In this document: one piece after another, positions 47,926 through 61,071 of the stretch
How positions within the stretch are numbered: the first letter of the stretch is position 1
Layout: every line of letters starts with the position of its first letter
NCBI GenBank assembly: GCA_030264375.1
Contig: JASCQW010000105.1
Location: forward strand, 45,576,540-45,640,539
Length of the DNA stretch: 64,000 nucleotides
Direction: 5' to 3'
DNA from: Carcharhinus longimanus
Lineage: Eukaryota
The notes under the pieces: generated by a model
Databases searched by the model: none
What the model was told of the DNA's origin: nothing
What the model saw: only the letters and a program-made list of their open reading frames with translations
Program-made: the position numbers and the translations under genes

Positions 47926-50900
47926 TGACCAAACAATGGAAACAGTATATTTGAGGAAATCCATCAGAAAATTAGAATTGGGGAACTCAAGAATATTCTG
48001 ATCATTTGGGTTTGGGTATTGTCTCTATTTCCTATATTAAATTGAAGATATAGGGTACGGCATGGGGAAGAATGCTCCAGGATTACAGTTCCCTCATTTT
48101 TTGCAGCCATCCACATGACAAATACAATTATTCCTTGATCAGATAGACAATGCTTTTCTGCCAATGCAATGGTCCTTCTGAACTGCAACTAAATTTTCTC
48201 CATCATTTTTGTTGGACACCAATTTCTCTTCCTTAAATTACACACTTGATAAATACTTTCATTCATACTAAACCAAAAAAACCTCAATTATGGGCACACA
48301 ATATCAACTACATTGATGAATTGACAATTAATGTATGCCAATACTTACAAGATTTTGCTACTAGACATGTTACCTAGCAACCTGTGTTGCCTATGGTTAA
48401 ATTAATCAGTTTTTCAATTTGTTTCTGATTCTTTCGACAAATTGCAGAGACTTAAAGGTTAAACTTTTATCAGGTTTGCTATATTGTACAAGGAAAGCAT
48501 GTAATAAGGACAATCAAGCTTGATACATAGGAACAAGTTTTACATCACATGGTATTTAGAATGAAAACTATCTCATGACAAAGTCAAAAAAAGGTAGCTT
48601 GAAAGGGCAAAGGTTGCCTCTTTTCTATTCATCCATTACACATTTTCCCTCCCTTTTCATTTCACCACATAAGATCTATCATTCTTCATTAGTTGAAGTA
48701 GTTAAATCTCCTGTTGCCACATGTTGTACATTTCTTAAAGGCAATTATCATCACAATATTTACTAACATAAAGAAAGAATAAAACCACCAAGGAGATCAT
48801 GTGGCTCATTGTGCCTGTGTTGACTCTGCTCAAGTGAGAGGTAAGAGATTTGAATAGGTAAGGATTAGTCAGATTGGTCTGATGGCCAAGCTTAACACTT
48901 CCAGTAGCAAGTTAATGGGGACTGGAATTTCAGTGTGCGAGAAACTTGGGACATAGATCCATCTCCCAATAGGTTGCAGCACAGCACATTGGAGCTTCAC
49001 ACCACTGTTTGATGACATAAAATTCATAAGATTGAAGATATTGGGTAATGTATTGATTGAACTGAGGAAGTTGTGAAGAGTTTTAGCTTGTGAACAATCT
49101 TCACATTTCATTAATGTTAGTGAAGCTGAGCCTTGCACTTCATGTGAAAAAATACAATTAGATGGTATTCTTCTTTGTTGAAAGGAAAATAAATAACCTA
49201 CCGTCTCTGATCTGCATTTTATCTCATCATACTACTTTCCAGAAGCTGGTGTTTGGTTCTGGTTCTTGCATCCACACTTACCTCAAAGCCACAATTTGCC
49301 ACCATTTTTTTAAAGTTAGCAATCACAGATCACACAGCTGCCAAGTTTTACATATTAAATTCAGTAAGTTTATCAGTGAAGGTGAACCAGTTTTCCTCTC
49401 TCTTTCCCTCACAACCCTAACTCAATCACATCCTTAGCTTGCCAGATACCATTGGGCTAATAGTCCTGGTCATATGGTTTGAGAATAATTTTTTTTTGCA
49501 TGTCATATTTAAGATAAATGTTTTAAAAAAAATTGTAATGCAAGAATGCAAATTAGGCATGGAAGTAAAATGTGACAAAGTCAATGAGATTGCTGTTATG
49601 TGGTAAGATTGTGAAAACTTGGAGTACTGAATGTGCCACATCTGAAAATCTATGATAGGTCTTATGATCTATCACTTCAGTTGGATGAATCTAGTCCTCA
49701 TTTCCTCTTCTGAGATATTTGTTAAATCACTGGCTATAATGTTTAATTTTGTTTCAACAGCAATAATTCGGCCATATTTTGTAAAACACGAAGACAATGT
49801 CAAATGTGTTTTCCATTTGTCCCGTCTTTGGGGTACAATTTTGCTTGCTGGCCAAAGAAAGCATCCCATTCAATTCCATTGAAATTATGAAAATAGGAGA
49901 TGTAACAGAAGACCAATCCAAAATGCCAATTTATACACATGTAACAAGTTGAAAATGAAGTGTCAAGCCGGCATCCATCTTAGGTTTTAATGATTGACTT
50001 TTTAATTCTTCCTTATTTGTGCATGTTTAAGATATGGAATGTCACAATAAGAATATTTATGCACACATTGATGCCTTAAGAAAGGATGGAAATTTCTTGC
50101 TGTCCACATGTTGACAGCAACTGCAAATGTGCCAAGTCTTTGGTTTATGTAGAAAACTCTCTGGAGCCAATATTCATTTTACAAGAAGCTGTGACCTACT
50201 GTTCAGAACTAAGCACCAAATTAAATTATTGGCTTATTTAAAAGTTATGTTTTGCATGGGAACTCAAACAGAAATATCATAAAATGCATTTTGATTCACA
50301 AAATATCTTCTGTCCTTACCATTCCAGAGGACAGCAGGTTCCAAGGAAGCCCATCTCTCTTTCTAAGCTGCACTTTAAAACTGTATGTGACTGCATTTTG
50401 TGGAATAATAGAAAAGAACCTGACCATGGACACTGCAGCATTTCTTTTTGTTTCAGCATGCAGACATTTTTTTTATTTCAGAGAGATTTAGGGTGCAATG
50501 ATTCAGTTGGGTTTCTAATTTCAAGGTCGGAAACTCAATGATCAGAGTCAATCTGATTAGTGGAAGGAGATTGAGAGTCAAACCTGGGATAGATTAAAAT
50601 GACAGCATTGATCTTTTATAATTTCAAACCTTTCTGTAGATGCAGATGCTCTTTACTGGCTCTAAGTACTGTGCCTCAGTCACTGACATTTATAATTTCA
50701 GTAAGATAGACAACATTTTAATTCTATCCATGTTGTTCACTTAATACTGCACACAGAGTTGTTACTTTTTTCTTGTAAACCTCTGGTCAATTTTCACTTC
50801 TCTCCAATGTGCTGACTCTTGGGTGCTTACAGTTCCTTTTGTGAGATGTCTGCATCATGAACAGTGAGTAGCATGGCAGGCAAACAGTCTGATTCTCAAC

Positions 50901-50929
50901 TGGTATAATACTGCAATACTTCATTATTT

Positions 50930-51175
50930 GAGGCCACACTTACAAGCACCTAAGCCCAAACCTCTAGAATTTCTCCTTAGATCTCCCTGCCTCTCTAATT
51001 CTTGCCAATTTTAAGACACTCCTTAAAATCAGCCTCTTTAATCAAGCTTTATGTCATCTTGCCTTCATAGCACCTTTAATGGTTCAGTGTCGAATTTCTT
51101 TTTCAATGCTCCTGTGAAGTGCCTTGGGATGTTTTATTATGTTAAAGGCGTAATATAAATACAAACTATTGTGTT
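50930..51175 (+). mobile_element. L2 3' end
   Basis: gctcctgtgaagtgccttgggatgttttattatgttaaaggcg..atataaat tail. Confidence 0.78.
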
Positions 51176-52967
51176 GATGGCGCACAAGTCGGACAGAGTT
51201 TATCACAGTATCCAGAGGTAAAGAAAGGGAAGATTCAACCTGGTGTTTTACTCTTAACTGATATCCAGTGACTCTCTTAATGAGTGTTGATGGATGCTAT
51301 GTTTGATCAATTGTGATGTTTTCTACTGTTGAATAACTGCTGACATTTGATAATCTGATCACATGTAGTCATCTAGGAGTGGAACAATGCCTCTGGAACT
51401 ATGAATATAAATAACCACCTCCAGAAAAAAGATAAATGGGAAAATCATAATCAGCAACCAACAACAATTGATGGAAAATAAAATCTTTGGAAAGTATCAA
51501 ATGACATTTAAAGGCATTAATTGTCATTTGGTAAAATCACAACATAATGTGTTTTCCTATTTCTATCTGGAGTGTACAATTTAATATTGCTTTTGTACGT
51601 TAGCATCTAATTGGTAAAATGTTGCTTTTAATTACAAGTTTAAGGCTCCACAACGAGTGGAGAATAACACTTACATTGGATAGACAAATAAAGAAATAAG
51701 AATTTGCTTATGGATAGCAAAACTAAAGACTCAGATCTGCTCACACTGAGTAAGAGACTGGAGGTCCAGGCTTGATCAAATTTTTAAATTTCAAATTCAC
51801 AAGTGTTCATTTTCAGCTTAGTCATGCAAACAAGATGGTGAAAAGGTTGCAAATGTTATTGCAGGTATGACAGTACTGAAAATGCAAATAGATCCATTAT
51901 GTCACTTGTGTTATTGTGTAATGTATTTGCATGGCATTCAATTTTTACATGTTCTTCATGTTGTTTTCATAGCCTGGTGACTATCCAAACACATTTTCCT
52001 TGAAGACTAATTACTGATGATTTCATGTTCGTAACTTTCAAAATTTTTGAGTGTCTCTTGTTAACTAATTAAAAGAATTAACATGAACAATATTGTCCTA
52101 ATTTTATATCCCATTACTTTAAAATAATCCAAATATTAAAACTTATGATAATTCAAGAAATACTAACATTACCTGTAACAACTGGATGAACTACCCCAAT
52201 CATTATTTCCACACACTTTGTGATCTCTGATTAGTATCTATGGATCACAAAAATGGAATGTGGTCATCTGTCAAATGAATGCGTTAACTGTATCTCATTC
52301 TGAGTTTTACTTTGAACAAAAGAGCAACTATTTTTTCTAAGTTAGAAAATTGCTGGTAAATTTACAAATGAGAGATAATGCGTTCTCAAGTGTGACAATG
52401 GTTTACCTGGACAACCTTAACTTCCTACTTCCCACCAGACTAAAGTTACACTATAAACACTACAGTGTCATGTGATATGAGGCAGTATTATAACTCCTGT
52501 ATTCATGCATTTGGGAAATGCATCAGTGACCTGGTTCTGGAAATAGTTTGACAATTTTGCATCAATGTGCAAAGGGCCGTTTAATTGTGGATCGAGCTCA
52601 CACTAATTGTTTCTGACAGAACTCTAAATTCATGATGTTTGCCACATCTCTCAGTTTCTATTAACCACCACCATCCCAACAGAGGGGAGGGAAACTAGGA
52701 GCAAATGTATATTAAATAGTTATTAATCCAAGCATTTCCTATACGCACACACACAAAATCTAAAATTCACCTTCAAGATGCACAATGCATCTAAAGAACT
52801 GGCTACCAATATATGGGCATTATGAACTGCTCTAGATGGTTGTCAATCAATTACAAACAACAATTAAATCTCAGTATTCAAGAAGTTTTAAAATGGACTG
52901 TGAGATTGAATTACTTACAGGCATCCATCATTTTGTATATATTACACAATTTTAATAAATAGCTTGT

Positions 52968-53935
52968 TGGGGGGGTTTTCAGCTCACATTCACCACCAGA
53001 GAATGGTGACACAGACGGAAAACCCAGAGAGACTCAGAAAATGCAATTCCCTTTGGACAGATCGCATTTGCTCATTTTCCCCACCTTTCGCCAGTGATGT
53101 CAAGAGCTTTATGCCCATAAAGGACAGGAATCTCATTTAATTACATGTCCCTCACCACATGATTCCACCCCCTTCACTAAATATTTACAGCTGGTCAGCA
53201 AGGTTCAAAACAAATTTGGTCAAATGAGAAACAGACGAGCGAATCCCTCCAGGGGGCAGTGCCAGGAGCGGGCCCCAGTGTGAGCCACATGGAGTTGGGA
53301 GGGGGTGGTAATATAGGGATGTTCAGGTGGCAGGGGAGGGGGTGGGTTGAAAGAGCAGACAATGGCGGGAGGGAGGGAAGCCTAAGGATTTTGTGCCATA
53401 TTTAATGGCGGGTCAGGCCAGATGGTGCGTAGTCCATGGCAGTTGTATCTTGGTGCCATTTCGGAAACATACCCAACATTACTGAACTATCACTGAAATA
53501 AGAAGATAGGCCCCTAAAAATGAAGAGCGATCTGGAGGAACATTCTCTGCCTGGAAGGTGCCTCCGGGGCACCCCTCTTACTGCTGTGGAGTTCTGGGTT
53601 CCAGGGTTCTGGCAGCCTCCATCCCAAACTCTCGGAGCAGTCCCAGGCATTGTTCAGGTGAATGCTGACATTTGCACACCATGTTATTCCAGACATATTT
53701 CACATCAGCATGTTTTCCCACTAGCACCGTGGAAAACTGGGCATGGATGGTTGGATCTTCATTTGTACTCTATTAGGGGGATGAAAATTGGTTTCATGTC
53801 AGCTTCCTGCTGATTTCTCAATCTGGTATGGTGGGCACCAGTGGAAGATCCTGTGGGAAATTCATGTTGGCATTAACCCGATTCTTGGGCCTCCTGCCGA
53901 ATGCTCCCGGGTCTCCATGGTAGTCAGAATTCTAC
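52968..53935. mobile_element. decayed GC-rich Harbinger-type MITE
   Basis: Abrupt GC-rich block with a G-run interior and an ATTTAATT.CAT motif as in the other MITEs. Termini are degenerate. Confidence 0.5.
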
Positions 53936-53936
53936 A

Positions 53937-55885
53937 AATGGCTGCAGGATGACATGGATTGGTACCTGAATATTAAAAAGTATAGGATATTTAGGAAGGA
54001 CAGCAAGTAGAGAAAGGTGAATGGGGTGATTCTGTTAATTAATTGTTGCATTAGTGCAATAGAGATGGATGACCGAAGTTCAGTAAACAAGGATATAGCT
54101 TGGGTAGAGATGCAAATGATAAAGGCAAGAAGTCACTTGTAGGAATGCAATGCAGACTCCCTGATAGTAACCACATTGTAGGAAGGGGTATGAAAGAAGA
54201 AATAATTGGAGCTTGTCAGAAAGGTGCAGCGAATGTCAAAATTTTAAACAACATAATGACTGGAAATATAAGATGGACAAAAGTACCTCAGATGTAGATT
54301 TCATAGAATGTTATCAGGAGAATTGGCGGAATTATCCCATGCCCTCCTGTTGGGAGTAGGGGGACAATTTGGTAGGGGGTCCAAAAATCAGTTTCATAAC
54401 AATGTGATTTTTCACAGGACCTTCCACTGGTGCCCAACGTGGCAAATCAGGAAACCCACTGATAGCTAACATGAACCTGATTTGCAGATGAAGGCCTGGC
54501 AAGAATCTTGCTCCACACCCAATTCTCTGCAATGCCAAGGAGAAAACATGCCAGTCTGGAACAACGTAGCATGAAAAAGTTGGGACTTATCTGAGGAATG
54601 CCTGAAGTTGCCTCTGAAATTCAGAATGGAGACTGCCAGTGGCCCAGATACACGGGGTAACATGATGGCACAGGTAGAAAATTGGTTAAGAGGAAACAGA
54701 GAATATGCATAAATGGGTCATGTTCTGGTAGGCAAGATGCAACACGAGGAGTGGTATAGGGAGCAGTGGAGGTGATTCAGTATTTTACAATTTATAGAAA
54801 TCATTTGGATGAAAGGACAGGAGGTACAGTTGCTAAATGATACAAAGATGGTTGGGAAAATAACCTGAAAAGTGGGCATAAGGAAGCTACAAAGAGGTAT
54901 AAATAGCTTTAGTGAGGGGGAAAATATCTGACAAATAGAATATTCGCTGGAAGTCTACCACCTTGCCCGTAATGGAATTGGAGTGGGCGAGGGTCTGGCA
55001 ACGGAAATCTCTGTTGATCTCAGGCAGGAGTTTCTGGTCTCGCCTGAGTAAGGCCATAAAATCCTGCCCATTATGTGGGAAAATGTAAACCTGTCTATTT
55101 TAACAGAAAGAATAAAAACGGAGCATACGATCCAAATGGTAAGAGACTACAAAGTACTGAGATTCAGGGGGATTTGGGTATCCCAGTGCATGAATCACAA
55201 AAGGTTATTATGCAAGTACAGCAAATAATAGAATAATAATAGAAATAATAGAAAACTAATAAAATGTTATAATTAATTTGAGGAGAACTGAATACAAAAG
55301 TAGGGAGTTATGCTTCAGTTGTACAGGGCATTAGTGAGACCACAGCTCGTGTATTATGTACCCCGTATTGTCTTCCTAGTCAAGGATGTTAATGTATTGG
55401 AAGCAGTTCAGAAAAGGTTTATTAGATTAATACCTGTAATGAGCCGGTTGGTCTTATGAGGAAAGGTTGGACAGGATAGGTTTGTAACTGTTGGAGTTTA
55501 GAAGACCAAAAGGTGACTTAATTGAAACTTATCAGATCTTGAGGTATCTTGACAGACTGCATGTGGAAAGGATATTTTCTCTTGTTTGAGAATCTAGGAT
55601 TATGGGTCACTGTTTCAAAATAAGCATTTAGGACAGAGTTGAGGAGAATTTCTTTCTTTCAGAAGGTGATGAGTCTCTGGAACTCTCTCAAGAGACAATG
55701 AAAACAGCACTTTTGAACATTTTTCAGACAGACTAGATAGATTCTTGAGAAGCAAGGGGGCGAAAGATGTTGCTGTAAGTGGGAATGTCGACCTGAGATT
55801 GCAATCAGATCAGCTATGATCTTACTGAATGGTGGAGCAGGGTCATGGGGCGCAGTAGCTTACTCCACCGTTCTTTGTTTTCTTT
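53937..55885 (+). mobile_element. CR1/HER1 ORF2 remnant with nested MITE inserts (~54325-54650, ~54945-55070)
   Basis: Endonuclease-region GY.IFRKD and RT-to-tail motifs (MLQLYRALVRPQL.Y, LEAVQKRFIRLIP, YEERLDRIGL..LEFRR). Confidence 0.85.
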
Positions 55886-57616
55886 GGCCTGACTCGATAA
55901 TTTAACAAATTTTACTTAAAAAAATCCCATCCAATTGCTTATTAAGATCTTTTTATTGTTAGTTTGTTTACTCCCTCTTTTCATGTTTCCAAATGGATTG
56001 CAACTCTAAAACTGACAGATTTGACAGATAACTTGAACCAAATGTATCCTAATGTTATTCATGAGCTTGCCACTAGGTGAGATATTGGACAGCTGCCATT
56101 GAAATTATCTTCACACACTGTGGACAAATGTTCTGATTTCACAGGAAGTTACTGCTTGTGGCATTGCATGTAGAATCATTCATACCAACTGTTCTATGAA
56201 CAGCATGAGATGCAGTGCTTTGATAGGCTCACTCTAGCAAACAAATATTTCTGACTGCTTTAAAACTGAGAAATATTTGCTATTGTATGTACTAACTTGC
56301 AAATTGTAAACATATATAATAAATATCTAATTGAACTTTGCAGATATCCCTGCATCAAAAATATTAACCTATTTTGATACTCAACCTTCAAGACATTTAA
56401 TAGTTACAGACTTCCAATAACAATGAAAATAAGGCCATTATGTTTTTAGTACAACCAAGCACAAGGAAATTAGCTCAGTTTAAAGTCATTGCAGTATTGG
56501 ATCTTCAGTACAGGTGAGAACTGAATGCAAAACTGACTTAGTGATGAACAATGAATAATGCAGTCACTGGCCTATGGTATCAGTGTCTACCACCAACCAG
56601 GGTCCAAGCTGTCAGCATGGACAGAGGATCATGAGTCATGACACAGTTCCACCAGAGCAGGACACAAGCTGTACAATGCCATAGCTGCTTACAAATCACA
56701 CTCTAAGTCAAATCAAAGCTGTAAAGAGAAATCATCTCTTTGGAGCACAATACGTTTAGGAATAATGAATAATTAAATCCAGTTATCAATGTTATTTTTC
56801 CTCATCTGAATTTTGGGGATTTTCTTTTGCAATATTCTCCAGTCTTTATCATCACATGGTCACATCAGTTGAGCTTTTGTTTGAAATCTTTGTCATTTAT
56901 TAAAGTCAGACTGGCTTACAAAAACTTAAATGGAATCTGAACAGGCACTACACAAATTCATTAGCACAGTTTTTTTAGCATCCCCATTCACAGCCTTAAA
57001 TTTCCACATTGTTGCATAATTATATTTTTCTCACTTTAAACCTTTATTCTATTCAACCAGGACTTCTATTTCACACTGGGGTTGGCAGGGGAAGGATGAG
57101 GGTGTTGGGTGGGGGTGGAGGGGGAAGAGGGAAATTTCTTGCTGTTGCTGTATTCTATGACAACACTTAAAACTTCACGTCTAAATCTGTCACACATATA
57201 AAAATTTATATTATTGCTATAGAGTTCAGAGATATGAAATATACAAGAATCATCTTTCTGAGGAAGCTGAATGTATGCCATTTGTTGCATGATTCAGAAC
57301 ACTGCTTTACATGAACTTCGGACCTGGGCAAAGCTCGCAATCATTTCAATGATAACCTTAAAATGTCTTTGTGAAACAATATTCATATCCATCTGCCCAA
57401 ACTAGATTATACCCCAAGGTGAAAATAGCAGAACTGTATCTTATTATGTGGCCTGGTGCCCTAGTTTCAACTGATTAATTGAGCTAAGATAAATTGCTAC
57501 CCTGCTCATATTATATCTCTCATTTTGAATTAACTGTGTTACCTAATATGATATTTTTGTTGTTAGATTACTTTTACTGACATGTTGGTTGTAACAATGT
57601 GATGAATATATTGATG

Positions 57617-57985
57617 AGATGGTGGCACAATGGAAACATCACCAGACATGAAATCTAGAGGACCAGGCTGAAGCTCTGGTGGTTCAAATCCCTCCATGGC
57701 AGTTGGTGGAAGTAAATTACAGTTAATTAAAAAGTCTGGACTTGAAAATTAGTCTTAGTAAATATAACCATGAAATCAAACCATTGATTGGCATAAAAAC
57801 TCATGTTGTTTGCTAGTGTCCTTTTGTGAATGAAATCTGCTGTCCTTACCTGGTCCACGTGTGACTCCAAACTTATAGCATTATGATTGGCTCTTAAATA
57901 CTCAAGGGCAATTATGGGTGGGCAACAAATGCTAACTGACTTTCTTTACCAGTGACACGCACACTCTATGAACAACAAAAAAATA
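57617..57985 (+). mobile_element. tRNA-derived SINE with CR1-type tail
   Basis: TGGCACAATGG A box, GGTTCAAATCC B box and a caagggcaatta.gg.tgggcaacaaatgct tail. Confidence 0.75.
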
Positions 57986-59397
57986 AAGAATGCAACCAGA
58001 AGACAATTTTCGTGACAGGAGTGTCAAGACCAGATGAATTTTTAATGTGAAATATTTGTTCTTGAATTAGCTGCACACATCTGGCATTTTGCTGGTGGTG
58101 GGGTAGGATATCAGAGAAAAAGATTGGCGGTATCTTTCAGTGGCACATTCCTGATGTTGGTGCTTCAATTGGGCACAGCGTGTCTGACAATGAGGGATCT
58201 TTCCCAGAAGGCTGGCTTTTGGGAGGCACAGGAACGTTGTCCAACTCCCATTTAATCTCTGAGCCACAAGTAAATTGTGGTGGCTTCAGGGTTGAGTGGT
58301 GTCAATTGACTCATCAATGAATCTAATTGACATCCAGCCATGAGCAGGTGAGTTTACTGCACGGGCCCCTTCCTGACTCCAGCTCAATCCTGGGAGATTT
58401 TCTTCCACCAGGAGACTGACATGCAGGTTCCTTGAGATTAAGCGTGCTCAATTGCCAGGTTTCCGGCCGCAGAGGAGTGGATTAAATTGTACCCATGTCT
58501 CCAGCTGAATGTAAGGAGTCATTTTCCACACAGAATGATTTGAGAAAAAAAAGGAACATTTTAAGAGGATTACTGCCAATGATGGCAACATATCTGAAAA
58601 ATACTTGTGTCTCTAAATGGGGATTGGAGGTCACTATTCCTTCAATTCTAAAATAAGCCAAACTTGAAAAGAAATGTTAGTTTCATACAATTTAGGACAT
58701 AGTGGTGCTATGAACCTTAGCTGAGGAGCTAATTTTGTTATCAATCATAGTCATACAGCTGACTAATAAGTAGAACACACTTCAGAATAAATTTCAGCTA
58801 TGAATTGGAAACTGCAAGCTGGAACTTTATCAAATTAATATTTTACAGTGTGAACAATATTTGGGTCACTGTTGTAACTGAGTATGTTAATACTAATTAG
58901 ACAGGACAATATTCAATGTAACACTATATTTTTTCTCCATTAATGTTGAAAGGAGAAATTATACACCATTCATTAAAACTAACAATAAAGTATCAAAGTA
59001 ATTAATTACGTTCATTAAGATAATATATTTGCAACTCATATGTTTGTCAATCATTATATTGTTTACTCAGTTACTGGAGTAGGAATCAAATGTAATCAGG
59101 CATTAAAATTTATGCTTAGTGTGTTAATTGGTATATTAATCATTGTCAGATATTGTCTATTGTATTTGATTCTGTCAGCTTTTTACATGGTGGGTACCTA
59201 TATGAACTGTAGAAGTCTGTACATCAAGTAAAGTGCCATGCAGCCAATCCTTAGCATCATTCCTTTACAACAGGTGGGGAGACATTGGGTTACAGTTATG
59301 TTCAGAAGCTAAAAATCAATATTCATGAGCATCTTTTCTCTTGTAGAGGGTCTTTCTGTAAAATTATTTTTACTGTGGCAAATTTTTGCACATACAT

Positions 59398-60052
59398 TAA
59401 GAAACCACTTCTCCTTCTGGAAGATCTTGGTGCAGCATAGTCTACCGGTACTGCAAAAAGAGATGTTTCAGTTCCTCTGATGCTCGATGTTTCCTTGTGT
59501 GCTGATGATTACCGCCATCAAAAGAATGTTCTACAGAATTCACAGCCACACCATGGGCATGTGGCCAGCTGTTTATTTTGGCCTTGTATTAATGATAAAC
59601 CCGATGGGTTTGTCAATATGACTAGCACCAGCAACAATGCCAACAACAGCTCTACTAGCTGAGGAAACAATTTTCTTACAATCTGATGGAAACTTGACAC
59701 ATCTTTTGGTGTCATGATTGTGGGAGATGACTGTGGCATCATTACCAGTGGCATGTAAAAGATTCCCATGGTCACTTGGCTTTTCCTCCAGGCAACACAC
59801 AATGGTACCTTCTGGCATAGTACCCAAAGGGAGGACATTTCTAATGTTTAATTGAGCCTTCTTGTCATAGTAAATATACTGACCAATGTGGATACCCTCC
59901 AGTCTAATGAACAACTCAGTCCTTCCTTTGAACCTGTAAGGATCACAGAATAACACCTTTGCTAAAGAAGTACCACAACCCAGGTCATGAACTTTATCCT
60001 TGACAATACCCTTGATATAGCCATGACATTCAGCAAAGTCCACAGCTCTCGA
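59398..60052 (-). pseudogene. RPL8: processed pseudogene of 60S ribosomal protein L8 (uL2), 5'-truncated
   Basis: Intronless [18 protein letters not shown]...DPYRFK.RTELFI..EGIH.GQ...[28 protein letters not shown]...RAVVGIVAG...IDKPI. Continues after a frameshift as YKAK.NSWP...VEHSF.GGNHQH. Has stops and indels. Confidence 0.95.
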
Positions 60053-60321
60053 TGCGTATACAAGTGAAATTAGGCCCAACTTTATCCAATTCATATCGAA
60101 GAGGAGCCCAATCCACAAATCTGTCCTAAACTGGGTGGAGACTCTAACAGCTTCATCTGTACATCTGGCAAACATACTTGCATTGGGTTGAAATTGTACT
60201 GAAGTCCTGAGTAAGAAGACATCATCACTGAGCCCATCAGATTACTAACGAACAGGTGACTGTCTTTCAGAATGGGGACATAATTTAACTTCAACATTGT
60301 CTCTGAGGTGTCAAGTAACAT

Positions 60322-60460
60322 AGCAGCTGGGATTCTCCTGTCTTGTACGCCCTATCAACACTGCCAGTGAGAACACAGAATTTGGCACTTGGCTAAATCT
60401 CCATTTACTGCAGCGGGACCGGAGAATCCCAACTGTAGGTGAGGTCAGAGAATTCTGGTC
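60322..60460. mobile_element. short Harbinger-type MITE
   Basis: gctgggattctcc ... gagaattctggtc termini with an internal ggagaatccc repeat. Confidence 0.6.
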
Positions 60461-60599
60461 AACATCTCAGTAACCATATTTGTATATTTCCTGGATTATC
60501 ATGGGCAATAGCAGTGATTCAATATCAAGCACAACTTTTCAATGAAGGCTTAAAGGCAAATAAGACTTTTTTTAAAACATTCTAAACAACATACAGAGT

Positions 60600-60750
60600 A
60601 AAAAAAAAGAAATGAGAGAAATCAACAGTCTGTCCACATCTGTAAAAAGGAAAAAGTATTACTTGTGTTGATGATCTACCCTTGGAATGCTCTGCATTTC
60701 TGGCTTTTTTTTCCACATTTCAGGTTTCCAGCATGTGTTAATTTTGTTGT
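60600..60750. mobile_element. highly decayed family-B fold-back element
   Basis: atttcaggtttccagcatgtg..attttg resembles the reverse complement of caaaatactgcggatgctggaatc at 21452. The left part resembles 21500-21545. Confidence 0.45.
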
Positions 60751-61071
60751 TCAAAGATCACAGAGAATAGCTCTTGCAAACATTATTTTTCATGGAGCAT
60801 AATGAGCAAAATTGTCTCCAAAATTGAAAAAGTCCAATTTCAGGCAGGGAGAGTGATGTTAAGCATACTGACAGCAATGGCAGCATTTTTTACCGTATTG
60901 CATGGCATTTGCAGGGAAAAAAATTGAAGGCATGGGTTTTCACGCTGTATTGCTGGCAGATGGCCTCTGATTTGCCCATATCACTATCAACTCAGTGCTT
61001 CAATGATCCAGACACCATATTTAAAGCCACCCTGCAAACAGCCAGCACACATCAGAAGGCACTGGGAACCA

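Noticed and set aside
59573-60175. 200-aa ORF as a functional RPL8 gene
   Set aside because: The N-terminus is unrelated flanking sequence, conserved residues are lost and the C-terminus is frameshifted, so it is a pseudogene.
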